Below are positions 11,477 through 23,833 of a stretch of 49,271 nt of DNA, piece by piece; positions within the stretch are counted from its first letter, which is position 1, and every line of letters begins with the position of its first letter. This stretch comes from Perkinsus olseni (Eukaryota): NCBI GenBank assembly GCA_013115125.1, contig JABANN010000037.1, positions 62,001 through 111,271 on the forward strand, read 5' to 3'. The notes under the pieces were generated by a model. The model worked only from the letters and a program-made list of their open reading frames with translations, had not been told where the DNA came from and did not search any database. The position numbers and the translations under genes are program-made.

Positions 11477-12145
11477 ATGCAGTCCCGAGCATCATCATGA
11501 TCATCATCCAGTTTACGGAATAACGAGCTCATGATGCTGCTGCGGCCAGTATCACTGGCGTTGGTATTCTTGGTTCATCATCATAGTCATCGACGACCCT
11601 CGACGACGACTGGACGACATAACTTCGAAAGTACTGTTGACTACTTGTCGTGCTTGTAAATTTGCGGGTTAATATTGATGGCTTCCGGTGGCGTCGTTGT
11701 CGGCTTGCGTAGCGAAAAGATCAGTTTGGTACTAAACGGAAACCGCTAACAACGATAACAATAACAATAACCGCTCGCAACGCCAACACCCATTGTCATC
11801 GGGCGGTACGATAAGACTGCAAACCATTATCGGCACAATTCTCTTGTAATCACCGAGACATGTTCCACTTCCCAACCTAGCCCCGCGAGCTGCCAGTCCT
11901 TGGGTGATAGTCATATTAACAACGCTACATTAGTACCATGTTACTAGCAGCTGCATCATGAGGTAGCTTCAGACAAGCAACAGAATTGATAACGGTATAA
12001 CCAAGAGACAGAACAGGCTTTTATTGTGGCAGCTACTGCTCACAGAACCGCGGAGGAAGTTCCCTCCGATATATATTCAACAAATAAAATATCCAGTCTT
12101 CGCTTTTCGGTACTCCAGCACGGACACCGAAACCGCTACGAAAAT

Positions 12146-14515
12146 CTATTCTTCCAACGATTTAAATAATTCGCCGTTGATGAAAGTGTCGTACATATGA
12201 AGGGTCTCGAGGGGCTTGTCCATTGGCGCCATGTGACCAGCTCCGAAAACGCGAAGGAATGCAAAGTTCTTAAAACCTTTATACAGTCCAACAGGAACCT
12301 TGACAACCTCCTCGTCCCGGCTGTTGCCTGAGACCGAGCAGTCCTTCCAGTACCACTCCTTCAATAAATCAGTAAGCTCCGTATCCATGTACGTGCGCTC
12401 CCGAGAAGCGGAAAGTCTATGCCGTAGTGTTCTATTCTATAGCATCCTCCCGAACGCGCCTCCACACACACTACCACCACAACTACTACTACCATTACTA
12501 CCGTCAGTTTCGCCAGCCTGCCTCGAGACGACCTTCTCAGCGTTCATCTCTATTATCGGTTGTTGTGCAAACTCTTGGCTGAATTCCCATTTGATCTTGT
12601 CAGTCCATGCCTTGTTGCCCAGCCAATTGCAGATGAAATCCTGGTCACCCGCATAAATCAGAACTTTCGCGCCCGATGCGAGCACAGTTTGAACGGCCGA
12701 AGTGTAGTCGGCCAGGAAATCTCGCGGCGCCAATGCCGACCACACCTGAAGAGTCGCTTTGCTCTACTCGCTACTCCCACCCTCACCTTATTGTTGTTTT
12801 CACTCCACGGCTTGATAACGGCACCGAGTTCAGCACGAACGTCGGGCCGATTTAAATACCGATCCAAATTAGACAAGTTGTACGGGTGACTGAGCCGCAT
12901 GTCATACCTACGACAACACGGCAAGAGCCTTCCGACACACTCTCGACCCCGCCATTATCTCACTCGTTAGCTCCCGACGCGAGGGCTTTGCCGAGAAGCT
13001 TCACATTGAATACGTAGTTCATCTCCATGCACGCTGTGGGCATTGGTAAATTCTAACCAAAATACCATCGCCTGCCGCAATGCCATTCCCAAACTACTAC
13101 CGCGTTGGTGACATGAGGATGCTTGTAGCACTTCTCGATGAGCTCAACAGTCTCGCTGGCCGCGGCCTCTAGTTCCTCGAAGGTGGTGTGGTTCACAATG
13201 GCCGGAGCCGACCCGGAGTTGTAGGCCTATCACAACGACCGATGAACTTCTCGACCCGCTGAATGAAGCAAGCTACCATTTTGGAGTACCATTTAACTTG
13301 CTCAGCTGGTACTGTTAAACCGTTGCCGACGGCCATACCCTTTACGTCAATATACACTGGACGGCCGTAGCTCCCCAGCAGGGAGGACGGTGCGTCTGCG
13401 AACAGCTCGCATACGACCGGAGAGGTGCTAGTGTCTACTCACTCAGGAGCTTCTTATTCTCAGTTATGATCTTAGCAGTGACAACGGGGACGTAATGGCC
13501 GCCGTAGGACTCTCCCGTGACGTGGAACTTCTTGTTATACTGCGGGAATCGGTGAAAGAAAGCTTGCAGGAAGTGATACATGTCGTCGGCGATCTCAACC
13601 TCAGAAGTGTCCAATTGTCCAGTCGAGAAACCCGTCCCTGAGAACGAAGCGACTTCGCCAAATTAACGAGATCCGAGAGCAGCACCAGGGGGTTGGTCGA
13701 CCCAGAGCATGTTGGTCTTCTGCGTCCAGCTGAACTCATTGTAAACGGTATCAGAACCATCCGCATTCACGCGACACGGTCCATTTTCCGCCAGCAACTG
13801 TGAGAGACGTTATCGTATTACTCGGGACGATGAGCCTACCGCGATCATCGAGCTGGAACCCGGGCCACCGGTGAGCCACATGGTCGTCGGAGAGGCCTCG
13901 TCAGGTTGCTGATTGCGCTTCTCGAAGAACCAAAAGAAGTACTTCTTGTCCAACTTGTCATCGATGGTGAAGTAGCCAGAGTACTGCTTCACGCCAGCAT
14001 CACACAGACTGGGCTGTCGTAGTAGAAGATGAGACGTCCGACCTCCCTTCAAGGGGAACTTCCGGTGCTCGAATTCAACAGAGGAGAAGTCATTATTGAG
14101 CAGGAACTCGGCGGCAGAGTCCAGCCTTAGCGTTTGAGATCCACCTGAAGGGAAAAAATGAGCAGCGTGCTAAACAGCTGTACTGACAATGCTATCACTA
14201 GGGGATGCTGTCACAATTACAGTACCAGTGCTATCAGCACTACTATTATGGAGGCTAGAGAAAGCGTGAGGTCCCGTGATGGTAAGCGAAGAGAATAGAC
14301 GCTCAGGGATGGTTACCGGTGCGAGTGAGGGCATAGTAGGTGTAGCAGAGGCCGAGTACAGTGAGGACGACGGCAGCCAAGATGGCCCCTTTTTTGAGAG
14401 GATGGCGACCAGCTTTGCCATCGCCGGCCGGGGGGCTGTGGGGCAGTACAGTGTATATAGTACTCCTCCGACCGAGGAGCGGCTGTGATAATGGAGGGAA
14501 GTCGAGGGTGCCCAT
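12146..14515 (-). CDS. serine carboxypeptidase, family S10 (carboxypeptidase Y / cathepsin A-like), multi-exon, with N-terminal membrane anchor
   Basis: Motifs [31 protein letters not shown] (Ser), GDQDFICN (Asp) and [11 protein letters not shown] (His). TM helix [20 protein letters not shown] in exon 1. Confidence 0.92.
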
Positions 14516-14676
14516 GCACTACCAACGTGAGAGGTGATGATTTGCGGAAGCTCGAATAAGATGCGCTCCTCTTGCTCACTAGCATTTCCTCAACGGAACC
14601 CGTGAGCTGCCCGACAGTAGCTCGAAACTTGGTTGTAGTAAAAGTCGTTGGTAGCTGGCTATTCTCTGCCCCTACT

Positions 14677-16649
14677 ATGGAGTCACAACAGCAGCAGCAG
14701 TCACAGCCTCCGCCAGAGGGGTCTTATCCCAGAGGGGAGAAACGGCCTGCCGCTGATGATGCCACCTACTGGGACAGTAAGGATGGCCATGGGGATGAAT
14801 CCTCACGTCCCGCTAAAATAAGTAACTGGGACGCCGCTCCCCCCTCCAACTCAAACACACCTACTGGAGATGATGAAGATGATGGCAAGTACGATGAAGG
14901 GAATCGGTCCTATTAACTCCTCTTACCTGCCTTGTTGAAACGCTATAGTATCGAATCCTCGGGCACTCGTCCACGCGAAAGCTATTACTAGATCTGATCA
15001 CGTTGATGACGCTACTACTACTACTACCTCCCTCAGATTCCATAAAGACGTCCCTCTGCCTTACTGGGCCGCTGGTAAGGTGATAGGAAAACAGGGTGAT
15101 ACCATAAAACGGATACAACGTCAAACTCATTGTGAAGTCAAGGTGATAACCATCTTACAATCATTTTGCTACTACTACAGCGACAACCTCGGCCCCCGTC
15201 CATTCGACATGATAACAATCGAATAGTGATTATCCTTCTCTTGTTAGTCCGATCACGGCGAACGTGATAGCGAAGGCAACAGAAGCCTTCACCTCGTTGG
15301 TGATACTCAAGAAGTCCTCAATGTAACCATACCACTCCTCCCCCTCCTCGTCACCTCATCACCCCTTAGGCATGCGAAGCGGCCATTGAAGAAATCATCT
15401 TTACTTGTCGTAAGCCCGTGGTAGGCCCAGGCGACTCGAAGAAAGAAGTTGTCATATCGAACGATATTGCGGCAAAGGTCAGCTCCCCTGTTCTTCCCTC
15501 TGCGTTGGAGAAGCTCGCACGGTCAGGTCATCGGCTACAGAGGATGCGTGATTGACGAGATAAAGCGACGATCACATACTCGTATTGAGGTGGTACCTAC
15601 AGAGAACGGCGGTCCCGGCGAGGAGAGAACGGTCGTGTTGGTGGGACCAGAGGAAAACTGCGAGGAAGGGGTAAATCGTTGCGGCCATGCCGAAGATATC
15701 TGGTTCGAACCTACGGACTACCATTTTGTAGGCACGTATAGTACGCGAGATCGTCAGCGGAGAGCTCGATATCTCTCCCATTATCGACGATTTCAAGCGG
15801 GAGCATCAGCTGGATGAGTACGACCCCTCGGGCGGCAAGGGTAGCGGCTACCACGGCAAGGGTGGGAAGGGTGGCTACGACTGGCGTGGTGGAGGAAGTA
15901 AAGGGGGATGGGGTAATGATTGGGGTAATGACAGTAGTCGGTACAGTAGTGGCAATGGTGATTGGTCTGGCGGTAAGGGCGGTGGCTGGTCTGGTGGCAA
16001 AGGAGGGTGGGGGAAGGGTAAAGGCAAGGGCAAGGGCGGTGGTGACTCCTATCAAGGTGGTAAGGGAAGTGATTTCTATCCCGGTGGTGGCAAAGGAGGC
16101 TTCGGCAAGGGAGGTGATGACTCCTCAGACTACTACGGTGGTGGCAAGGGGTATTCTTCCAGCCCTGCGCCCTATGGGGGCAAGGGTGGCGGACGCTACG
16201 ATTCCTATAGTGCCTCCCGTTACGGTGGTAAAGGTTATGATTCTTACAGCAGAGGAGGCGTAGGACCTTCGGACTCCTACGGAAGTGGTGCGAGTAGATA
16301 CGAGAAGGCTTCTGGTGGAGGGGGTGATTATTACGGTAAAGGCAGTTATGGTGGCGGTAAAGGCAGTAGTACTCCCGGCTATGCTTACGGCAAGGGGGGC
16401 TCCTATGGCGGCGGTAAGGGAGGTCCCACTTCCGCCGGTAGTGAACCTTATGAGAGTAGTTGGGGCAAGGGCAAGGGTAAAGGAGGCAGCTGGTCCGGTG
16501 GCTGGGACTCCAGTCCGGATGATTCTTCCCCTCCTCAAGGTGGCCCTTCATCGTACAGTAGTAGGCCATGGGGCAGTAGTGGTTTTCAGCCTTCCTCCTC
16601 GGGTGGCCAGTGGGGCGCCAAAGGAGGCAAGGGGGGCTATGGTTACTAA
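14677..16649 (+). CDS. KH-domain RNA-binding protein with a long Gly/Lys/Tyr/Ser-rich C-terminal low-complexity tail
   Basis: KH GxxG loops AGKVIGKQGDTIKRIQ and AAKVIGYRGCVIDEIKRRS. Last exon encodes about 280 aa of GGKGG/GKGKG/YGG repeats ending GGKGGYGY*. Confidence 0.85.
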
Positions 16650-16851
16650 ACGACAGTCATTGTTGTAGACGTCTCTTAGCGTAGAGTGGCGGCGGCGAGC
16701 AGATCGCTGTTGCTCTTGCTACATCTTATTTTCCTTCTAGCCCCGGCAAGTTGCGTTCCGGAGGGGACAGCCTTGGTCTTTTAGTGGCTTGGAATTTCTT
16801 AACTCTTCCTCGCCAATTGGAAGCATCCGGTGGCCAACTTAGAGCAACAAC

Positions 16852-18541
16852 ATGTCATCATCCTCATCGTACCATCAGTCAGCCCAACAGCAACAGATGA
16901 TGATGATGGCTGCTGCTGCGGCGGCGGCAGCTTCGGCCATGGGAGGAGGAAACAATAATGATGCTCCTGCTGCTGCTGCTCCAAGAAGTGCTTGGGCGAA
17001 TCATCATAATAATGCCGGATTTACTAGGGAGATGAGGATACCTCAGAAGGCTGTTGGTAAAGCGATTGGCCGAGGAGGGGAGACCATCAAGAGGCTGAAA
17101 GATGAGCTTAGCACGTTTGTTCAAGTGCGTATATCATGAAGCGGTTTTGTGAGGGGTAGGAGTTCAGTCTACTCTCAGGTTGACCAAACGACTTCCGAGC
17201 AAGGTTTTAGCACTTTTAAGATCAGAGGCGCCACCGACGAGTCCGTAGAAGTAGTACTTGCCTTTGCCGTAGGGCCATTTGTTCGCCACTCTGCCGCCTC
17301 AGGCCGCTGTCTCTTATTTGAAGGGAGTCGTCCTATCTTGTGAACCATGTGAGTGTTTATACCCTGATGACGTTGAAGATGAAGTCGAGGTTCCCGCTGA
17401 TAAGGTTGGGACTGTCATTGGACCTCAGGGGTAGGCCACGCCCCGAACACTCGAGTACCTTCTCGTTAGCATCCTTAATTCGTATGGTCTATTCAAGGTC
17501 ATCGATGAGGACTCGTACTCCCTTTCTATTGTACTGTTCTCAGATGTGTTCTGGATGAGATCCGTCGCCGTAGCGGTTGCAGAGTTCAACTTCAGCCCGT
17601 CGCTGTGGAGGATGGGAGCCCTCGTTCGGCCAAGGTCGTTGGGAATGCTGATGCGGTAGTAGTGGCTGCATTGCTCGCCATTCTCCCGCAGTGGTCTGTT
17701 GTAGGTTCGTGCCTGTGTGGACCTTCTCAATGATGTTATAAGTGGGGCGTTCGATGTTGGCCCCGTCATCAAGCGCCAGAAGGCTCATTATCAACGTATC
17801 CAAGCTGGCGTTTTGGGCGGTGGTGGTAAAGGGAAGGGTAAAGGAAAGGGTGGTGGTGGTGGTTATTGGAACACCAATAATGCTGCTGCCGGCGGAGGAG
17901 GTGGTATGGGTGGTGGTGGGCCCCCCCCTCATCCTCTCCCCGGTAATGCTGCTGGTGCTGGTGGTATGGGCCAGCAGCAGAATCCTAACTATACCGCAAG
18001 TATGGGCTTTGTCCCACAAGTGATGTACTCACCGCAGCAGATGTTCGCAGCTAATCAGGGTATGCTATCGCCACATGTGATGCCAGCTACTACTGCCAAC
18101 CCTGGGGGGCCCATACCCCCTTACCTCATTTCGATGTACGGGGGCTATCAGCAGCAGCAACAGCAGCCGCAGCGCTCTCCTAGTGGTGGGCCGGGTGTGT
18201 CGGCTGCTGAGGTTACCAGACAGCTACAACAACAGCAGCAGAGATCTGTCCCACAGCCCGCGGCGACGACTGCTTCCGCTGCTACCAACAATCAGTACGT
18301 CCAACAACAGCAAGGGCAACAACAGCCACTCAATGTGCCTATGTCGCCCCAGGGCCTCATAACACCCCAGCAAGTTATGGCCGTCCATCAAATCCTACGA
18401 CGTGAACATCATCATCAACAACAACAACAGAATCAACAAGCAGCCCCTCAGGAGCATGGTGGGGCGCCTGAGACGGCAGCTTCTGAAGCGAACCTCAACG
18501 GCGAATCTGCCGTGGAGGGAGGCCGGGAGGAGCCTTCGTAG
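16852..18541 (+). CDS. KH-domain RNA-binding protein with Q/P-rich tail, multi-exon
   Basis: KH motifs IPQKAVGKAIGRGGETIKRLK and VPADKVGTVIGPQG; GKGKGKGKGGGG motif; poly-Q C-terminus; stop at 18541. Confidence 0.82.
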
Positions 18542-18915
18542 AGGAGGACTCGTGCGGCGAGCAGTGGCATCATCATCATCATCGTCAAGAAGAAGATCTC
18601 GTGTATGTATGATGACCCAGGTGGTCTTACTTGTCATATTTGGTAGTCACGTGGCGGCCCTAGGCTGACGATGTACGGAATTCGGAGTTTAAGTTTACTC
18701 AATCATAGGGAGATGTTGTCAAAAGCAGCTGCAGCCCCAGCAGCCGCCGTCTGATAAAGAGTGAACCCCATCCGTAAAAGTCATTGAAGCTTGATGGAAG
18801 CTGAGGTTTTGTCTTTAAGGGCGTTTTGTTGTCACAGAAGGGATCTTCACGAAACTCACAACGCAACTTAAAGTAGGCAGTAAGAAATCATCACAGTGCG
18901 AGCAAACGGTACCGT

Positions 18916-20025
18916 TCAGTCGTCCTCTCGAAAGGCGTATACACCATTCGATCGAACCAACTGAAATGCTCCCTCGGGCAACTCACTCATCCCGTGGGCA
19001 ACCGCATTACCGGCGAGGTCGAAGATGTTCACAGTAACAGCATTTATGCTCTTCTCCCTCACGAGCGCTTCGAAAGGCATATCTTTGAGTCTTTCACGTG
19101 GCAAAGCTGCTACTACTCCTTCAAGGAAAGGCTTCAGGCTTTTGCCGAGTGCAATCAGGCGATCGAATACTGAGCCGTATAGCTTCGTTACTCCTGATAG
19201 TGTGAGGGAGAAGGTGAAGTAGTCGTAGTAAGCTCTGAATTCAACAGCATACTCAGGAAAATGGGGGAACTCCTCTCGGCAATTGATGATGATAGTCTGA
19301 GCCGCAGTGACGGGTATGACGATACAGTCCGGCGAGACTAGGTCGAAGTCAATGAGCTTTAAAGAACCGTCGTGTGGATCCCTCATGATGTTGTCCAACT
19401 TGAGATCATTATGAAAGGTCAACAGAGAAAGCTTTGATACCACTTCAAACAGTTCTTCCTCGTCCAACTGCATGATGCTCTCTACAGGGACCAGCTTCTC
19501 CTGGACAAGACACATGCTGCGGTCCCGACCACCCATATGCTGCCGACACCAACCGTAGCCATAAACTCGTCCAGTCACCCCAAGCTCATCTGCCTTCATC
19601 ATCATCTCAGGGAACCTCAGCTGCATCGCCTCGGTCTCCCTCGATGGCATCCTTCGCAGTGCGACGTAGTCATCGGCCACCACTTGGCAGTAGCTTCCTT
19701 CGCCCATCCGCTCGATGTGAGGGTTCAGCTCTACACCAGCCCTGAGGGTGGCGATTTTGTCGAAGTCAAAGGCCGTTATGAGAAGGTCCCTCAGCTCATC
19801 CGGGCCTCGGGGGAGGGGGGCAAGCCACTGCAGAGCCTCAAACGACAGCCAAACCCCCCGAACGAGGCCTTCACTCGTCCGTAGAGCCGCCGGCAGGGTA
19901 TACTCATCTCTGAGACTCCTAGGTCCGGGAGACGATGGCTCCGAGGGACTAGGAGCTCTCCTCCCCTTGCGTTTTTTCAAATATGACAACACTTTTGAAT
20001 GCAACTTCAAACAGGAGATCACCAT
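18916..20025 (-). CDS. atypical protein-kinase-fold protein, intronless
   Basis: Gly loop GEGSYCQV, VALR, catalytic loop HNDLKLDN and KLIDFD. First ATG at 20025. Confidence 0.75.
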   Translation of the reverse strand: MVISCLKLHSKVLSYLKKRKGRRAPSPSEPSSPGPRSLRDEYTLPAALRTSEGLVRGVWLSFEALQWLAPLPRGPDELRDLLITAFDFDKIATLRAGVELNPHIERMGEGSYCQVVADDYVALRRMPSRETEAMQLRFPEMMMKADELGVTGRVYGYGWCRQHMGGRDRSMCLVQEKLVPVESIMQLDEEELFEVVSKLSLLTFHNDLKLDNIMRDPHDGSLKLIDFDLVSPDCIVIPVTAAQTIIINCREEFPHFPEYAVEFRAYYDYFTFSLTLSGVTKLYGSVFDRLIALGKSLKPFLEGVVAALPRERLKDMPFEALVREKSINAVTVNIFDLAGNAVAHGMSELPEGAFQLVRSNGVYAFREDD

Positions 20026-20124
20026 CCAACTCTGCACTGCCCGTCAACTCAAAGCTCCTCGATGGTCCGCGACAGGAACAATGCAAATGCTGCTATTATG
20101 GATGGTACAGCATTGGTTGAATCA

Positions 20125-23065
20125 TCACCAAGGCTCTAGATCGACATGTACGTAGGAATACTTGTTAGCCGGCAGGCTGTCCCTGATGAGCCGCTCGAGA
20201 CGTTTGAGCTCTCTCGTCAAGGCCAATAGGAAGAGTGCGTCGTTCCGCATGAGCCAGTCCTCGGCACTTGAAGGGCCTCCCGAGGAGGCCTCCTTCATTG
20301 ACGCCGTGACGCAATCGACAGGGTCAGCCTGAAAGTGAGAGCTCCTGTAGGCTCAAGTACATTCAGCCACTCTTTACCGATGCCCGTCCGTAGGGCCACA
20401 GTGCTCGGTAGGTCGGGCCCGGACTTGTGACAGCTTCGTTGGCCTGGGCTATCTTCAATCGTCGCCTTGTGACGGCCTCCGCGTTGAACTCAACCTCAGC
20501 CTTGAAGCGAGCTGTGGTCTGATCGGAGTGACGCTGCTCGAGACGCATAGCGGCAGCAACGGTCGTACCGTGCCGACTAACTCCGTCTTGACGTCGTACA
20601 CTGCAACAACCACCGCGTCGGCCTCAAGCGAGCGGATCACTCTCTCGACCTCATCACTGGGCAGGGTTGCCCCGAGCAGAAGCTGTGTGCCTGAGGGAAG
20701 CGCCTCGGGCCCCATCATAAAGTGCAGCAGGTACTTCGTCTAAGGAGATATGCTCCTACACCACTAACTACTCCAGACATCAACAGCGATGCCATCATGT
20801 CGGGTATGGGGGAGCCGAGGCAGTAGGAGGCCACCTGAAGGAGCACCACCCATGGGCCGTCAAGGCAATAGTAGGGACGTACCACTCCTGCTATCCCTAT
20901 CGCAGCACCGAGGATGCCGCTGCCAGCCTCTAAGAATGTGGCAACCGGCATGATCTGATGATGATGACGATGGTGGTGGTGGTACAAGTTGGAGTGAGTG
21001 CTGCGGACCCTACGTCAGCTCCTGACCGAATCGCCGCTGACACGGCGACGTTCTGCTGACGAAGTTCTCGGTAGGCCTCGTTAAGAGCGAGTGCCTCTAG
21101 GGACGCTGATACGATGAACATGCCAACCTGGAGGGACGGTGTCAACACAGCCGCCGTCTTCCAGCAGATTCAGTCGGAAACAGACGATGTAGCCAGAGAG
21201 TGGAAAGAGGAGCTCACTGGCAAGCCCAAGCCAGAGCTGAGCCCCAGAACCGATCCGCTAAGGGCTGTTGTAGTCGCTGTGGCTGGCAGTGATGACACCA
21301 TCATGCCACTGCTGCAGTAGTGGGCGAACAGATCCCTCGTTGCCGTATACCTGCCGAGCTCGAATTCATACTCAGCTCATGAGGATCCTTACTTACATGG
21401 GTATCATCCCTCCGACTGCAGTGAGAATGAAGAACGACCTGTCAGCTGCAATGTTGCGTTGCCGACCGTAGCCGTACCTGACGGGGGCGAGGGAGGGACG
21501 AGCCACCACTCAGCCCTGCCCCCTCCTCACGGATGATGTATGTCCCGACCTTTGCCAAAGCTGGCGAGGAGGGAGCTGTACCGGTACCCGTAATTAGCGA
21601 CATCAGCGCCAGAATGCATCAAATCCGCGAAACTGAGAAGGAGAAAAGGAAAGTCGTTCCGCCCGTTCGCAACCGAGACAATTGTTCTCACACTGCGCTG
21701 CTGCCCGTGGAGATCCAGACCAAGAACTTCACACTGGCAATGCCGACGTTGGACAGGAGGCCTTGCCATACCTGGCAGGGACTACACCATCCCCGATCGA
21801 AAAAACTCTTTTTTCAGCTGATTTCCAAGGGCATGGAGAACGGAATTCTGTTTTTAAATTGACCGAAGATAAATTTTATTCGATCGGGAAATGGTGTAGA
21901 AGCTCAGGGGCGGTCGAAGAGGCAACTCACACTAGCGGCTCCACCGATGGCCTTGTCACTCGCTGACCATTTCCTCCAGATGGCCAGGGACGGGGTGGTA
22001 GTGTCGGGTTCCTCAGTCGAATCCTCCCACACCTAGGGATGCAGCCAAGTGCGAAGACTGGAGGCCTCATGAGCCGCTACCTCGTCCATCCCGTAAATAT
22101 TCAACCGATGCCGACTTTTGTGGGCCTCCGATTCTAGGTAGTGCTTGTAGCGAATCATGATGGTCTCCTCGGACTTGTACCTGATCAACAAGCATCCCCA
22201 AGTCGAAGTAGGGGTCCGTATAATCTCAGGAAAAGAGAGTTCGCGAGAACCTGCTGGAACAACAAGAACGCTCTCCCACCACTCAAAGGTCGGTGACGAT
22301 TGAAGACATTTCCCTCTGTCTTCTACTAGAACTATCTCTATCACGCAAGTATTATTCTCAGCGAGCGAACGGTAGTCAAGATATTTTTCCCAACTTACTT
22401 CTTCTTAGCACACTGTATGACATCTGGTAGCCGATAAAGCGTCCAGGACTGCTCATCCGATTCATAGGGGTTCTGCTTGTGAAATGATGCCAAATCGTAC
22501 AAGTCCCAGTCCGACAGCCCAAACTGTTTCCGTGCCTCTGGACGTCGTATCCAAACCTGAGCACTCAGTGTGCAGCACCTCACCCCCGTGGACCGGTGAT
22601 ACATGGTCGGGCTCTCTCAGTTGCCGCTGGAAGGCAGCCATGGCCTTCCTCACCCACTCCCTCTCCATGCCCTTATTCGACCGTTCGACGTTGCTAGTGC
22701 GATCTAAGGCAGCTGAATTGAATATGCTACCAGCACGACCACAACCCGTACACCCGGTCGTAGCGGTTGCTCCTGCCGACGCTAGCGTTGAGGTTGTGAG
22801 GCGAGCGTGCGATGATATCATTAAGGGCGGTAGCAGGCTTCGACCGCATACCACAGTCGACCCTCGGCCGCAATAGCAACTCTTGACGAGGATCTCTACC
22901 CCGAGCATAGGGAAGCATAAATGAAGAAAACTCTGGTTTCAACTCGGAATCAACATCGCTGATGGTCCCACTCACACTCCGCAGGTACCGCCGCTTCAGT
23001 TCCCAGTCGTCGCGAGTGGCGTAGCAGCATTCCCAGCTGTTGATTGAACCACACAAGAGCGGCAT
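20125..23065 (-). CDS. cation diffusion facilitator, ZnT9/SLC30A9-like zinc transporter, multi-exon (start approximate)
   Basis: Peptides ADLMHSGADVAN, YGYGRQRN, SLEALALNEAYRE, GSPIPDMMASLLMS, VYDVKTE, RFKAEVEFNAE and ELKRLERLIRD...VHVDLEPW*. N-terminal segment RPEARKQFGLSDWDL...NPYE...TLYRLPDV resembles the recalled SLC30A9 N-domain. Confidence 0.8.
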
Positions 23066-23100
23066 CCTGAGGGTCGATAAGGTTGGGCAGCAGGCACTGC

Positions 23101-23833
23101 TCAAAAACTCTTCTCACACACCACAGCAACAGCATTAAGGATCTCCCTCACAAATTTACACTGGGCATCTTGAGGGTACGCGGTGAAGGGCGGGAGGTGC
23201 AGAAACAAGGCCCGACCGTTGGTGTTGTCAAGAGAGTTGAAATAGATAAAGTTGCAGAGGTAGCGTCCGGCGTCATCAGAGACCTCCAGCCGGCACCTTT
23301 CCCTCTGGCAAGACTTAACCACAGCTTCGACACCTACCACCGTCTGCAGCGTATCAGGACGGCCGTGGATGATCTCTCGTCCGGTCAGCTGGGCGCCACG
23401 CACGTCCGGAACTCTGAAATCGGCCACGTTGTGGGCTGTACCTGAGACCACTGCCATGACGTAATGGAAGGCTCGGAACCTTCTCACGTTCAAGCTTGAA
23501 ATGGTCGCATGGCGGGTCAACTCCCATATGCAACAACAGCGTCTTTCCAGCTCGACTCCTGGCCTCCCCGGCCATCGCTTTCGACACTTGTTCGCACTCC
23601 CCAACCGATACCTCTACTGTAGAGCAGAAGATCTCGTAGTCGCTACTGTCGCCTGAAAGCAGCAGCATACACTGCAAAGGTTGAGGGGCTATCACTGCGT
23701 CACCTAAGTGTTTATCTTCCGTCTTGCCAAGGACCTCAGCCACAGCCTGAGTCGGGTTCTCCGGGACACCACTGAAGGGCCCGAAGCCTGTTATCAGTAT
23801 ATGCACTCCTTCTGTGCTCTTCTCTGTACTCAT
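23101..23833 (-). CDS. pyroglutamyl-peptidase I (C15 cysteine peptidase), 3 exons
   Basis: Motifs ILITGFGPFSGVPENPT, LHMGV, FKLER (Glu), SDDAGRYLCN (Cys) and LFLHLP (His). Confidence 0.92.

Noticed and set aside
15711-16668. Several long overlapping ORFs (258, 149, 137, 127 aa)
   Set aside because: These are shadow frames of the Gly-rich low-complexity exon.
18916-20718. Kinase fused to the upstream transporter exons
   Set aside because: The transporter frame ends VHVDLEPW* at 20125, matching the family C-terminus, so the kinase is a separate gene.
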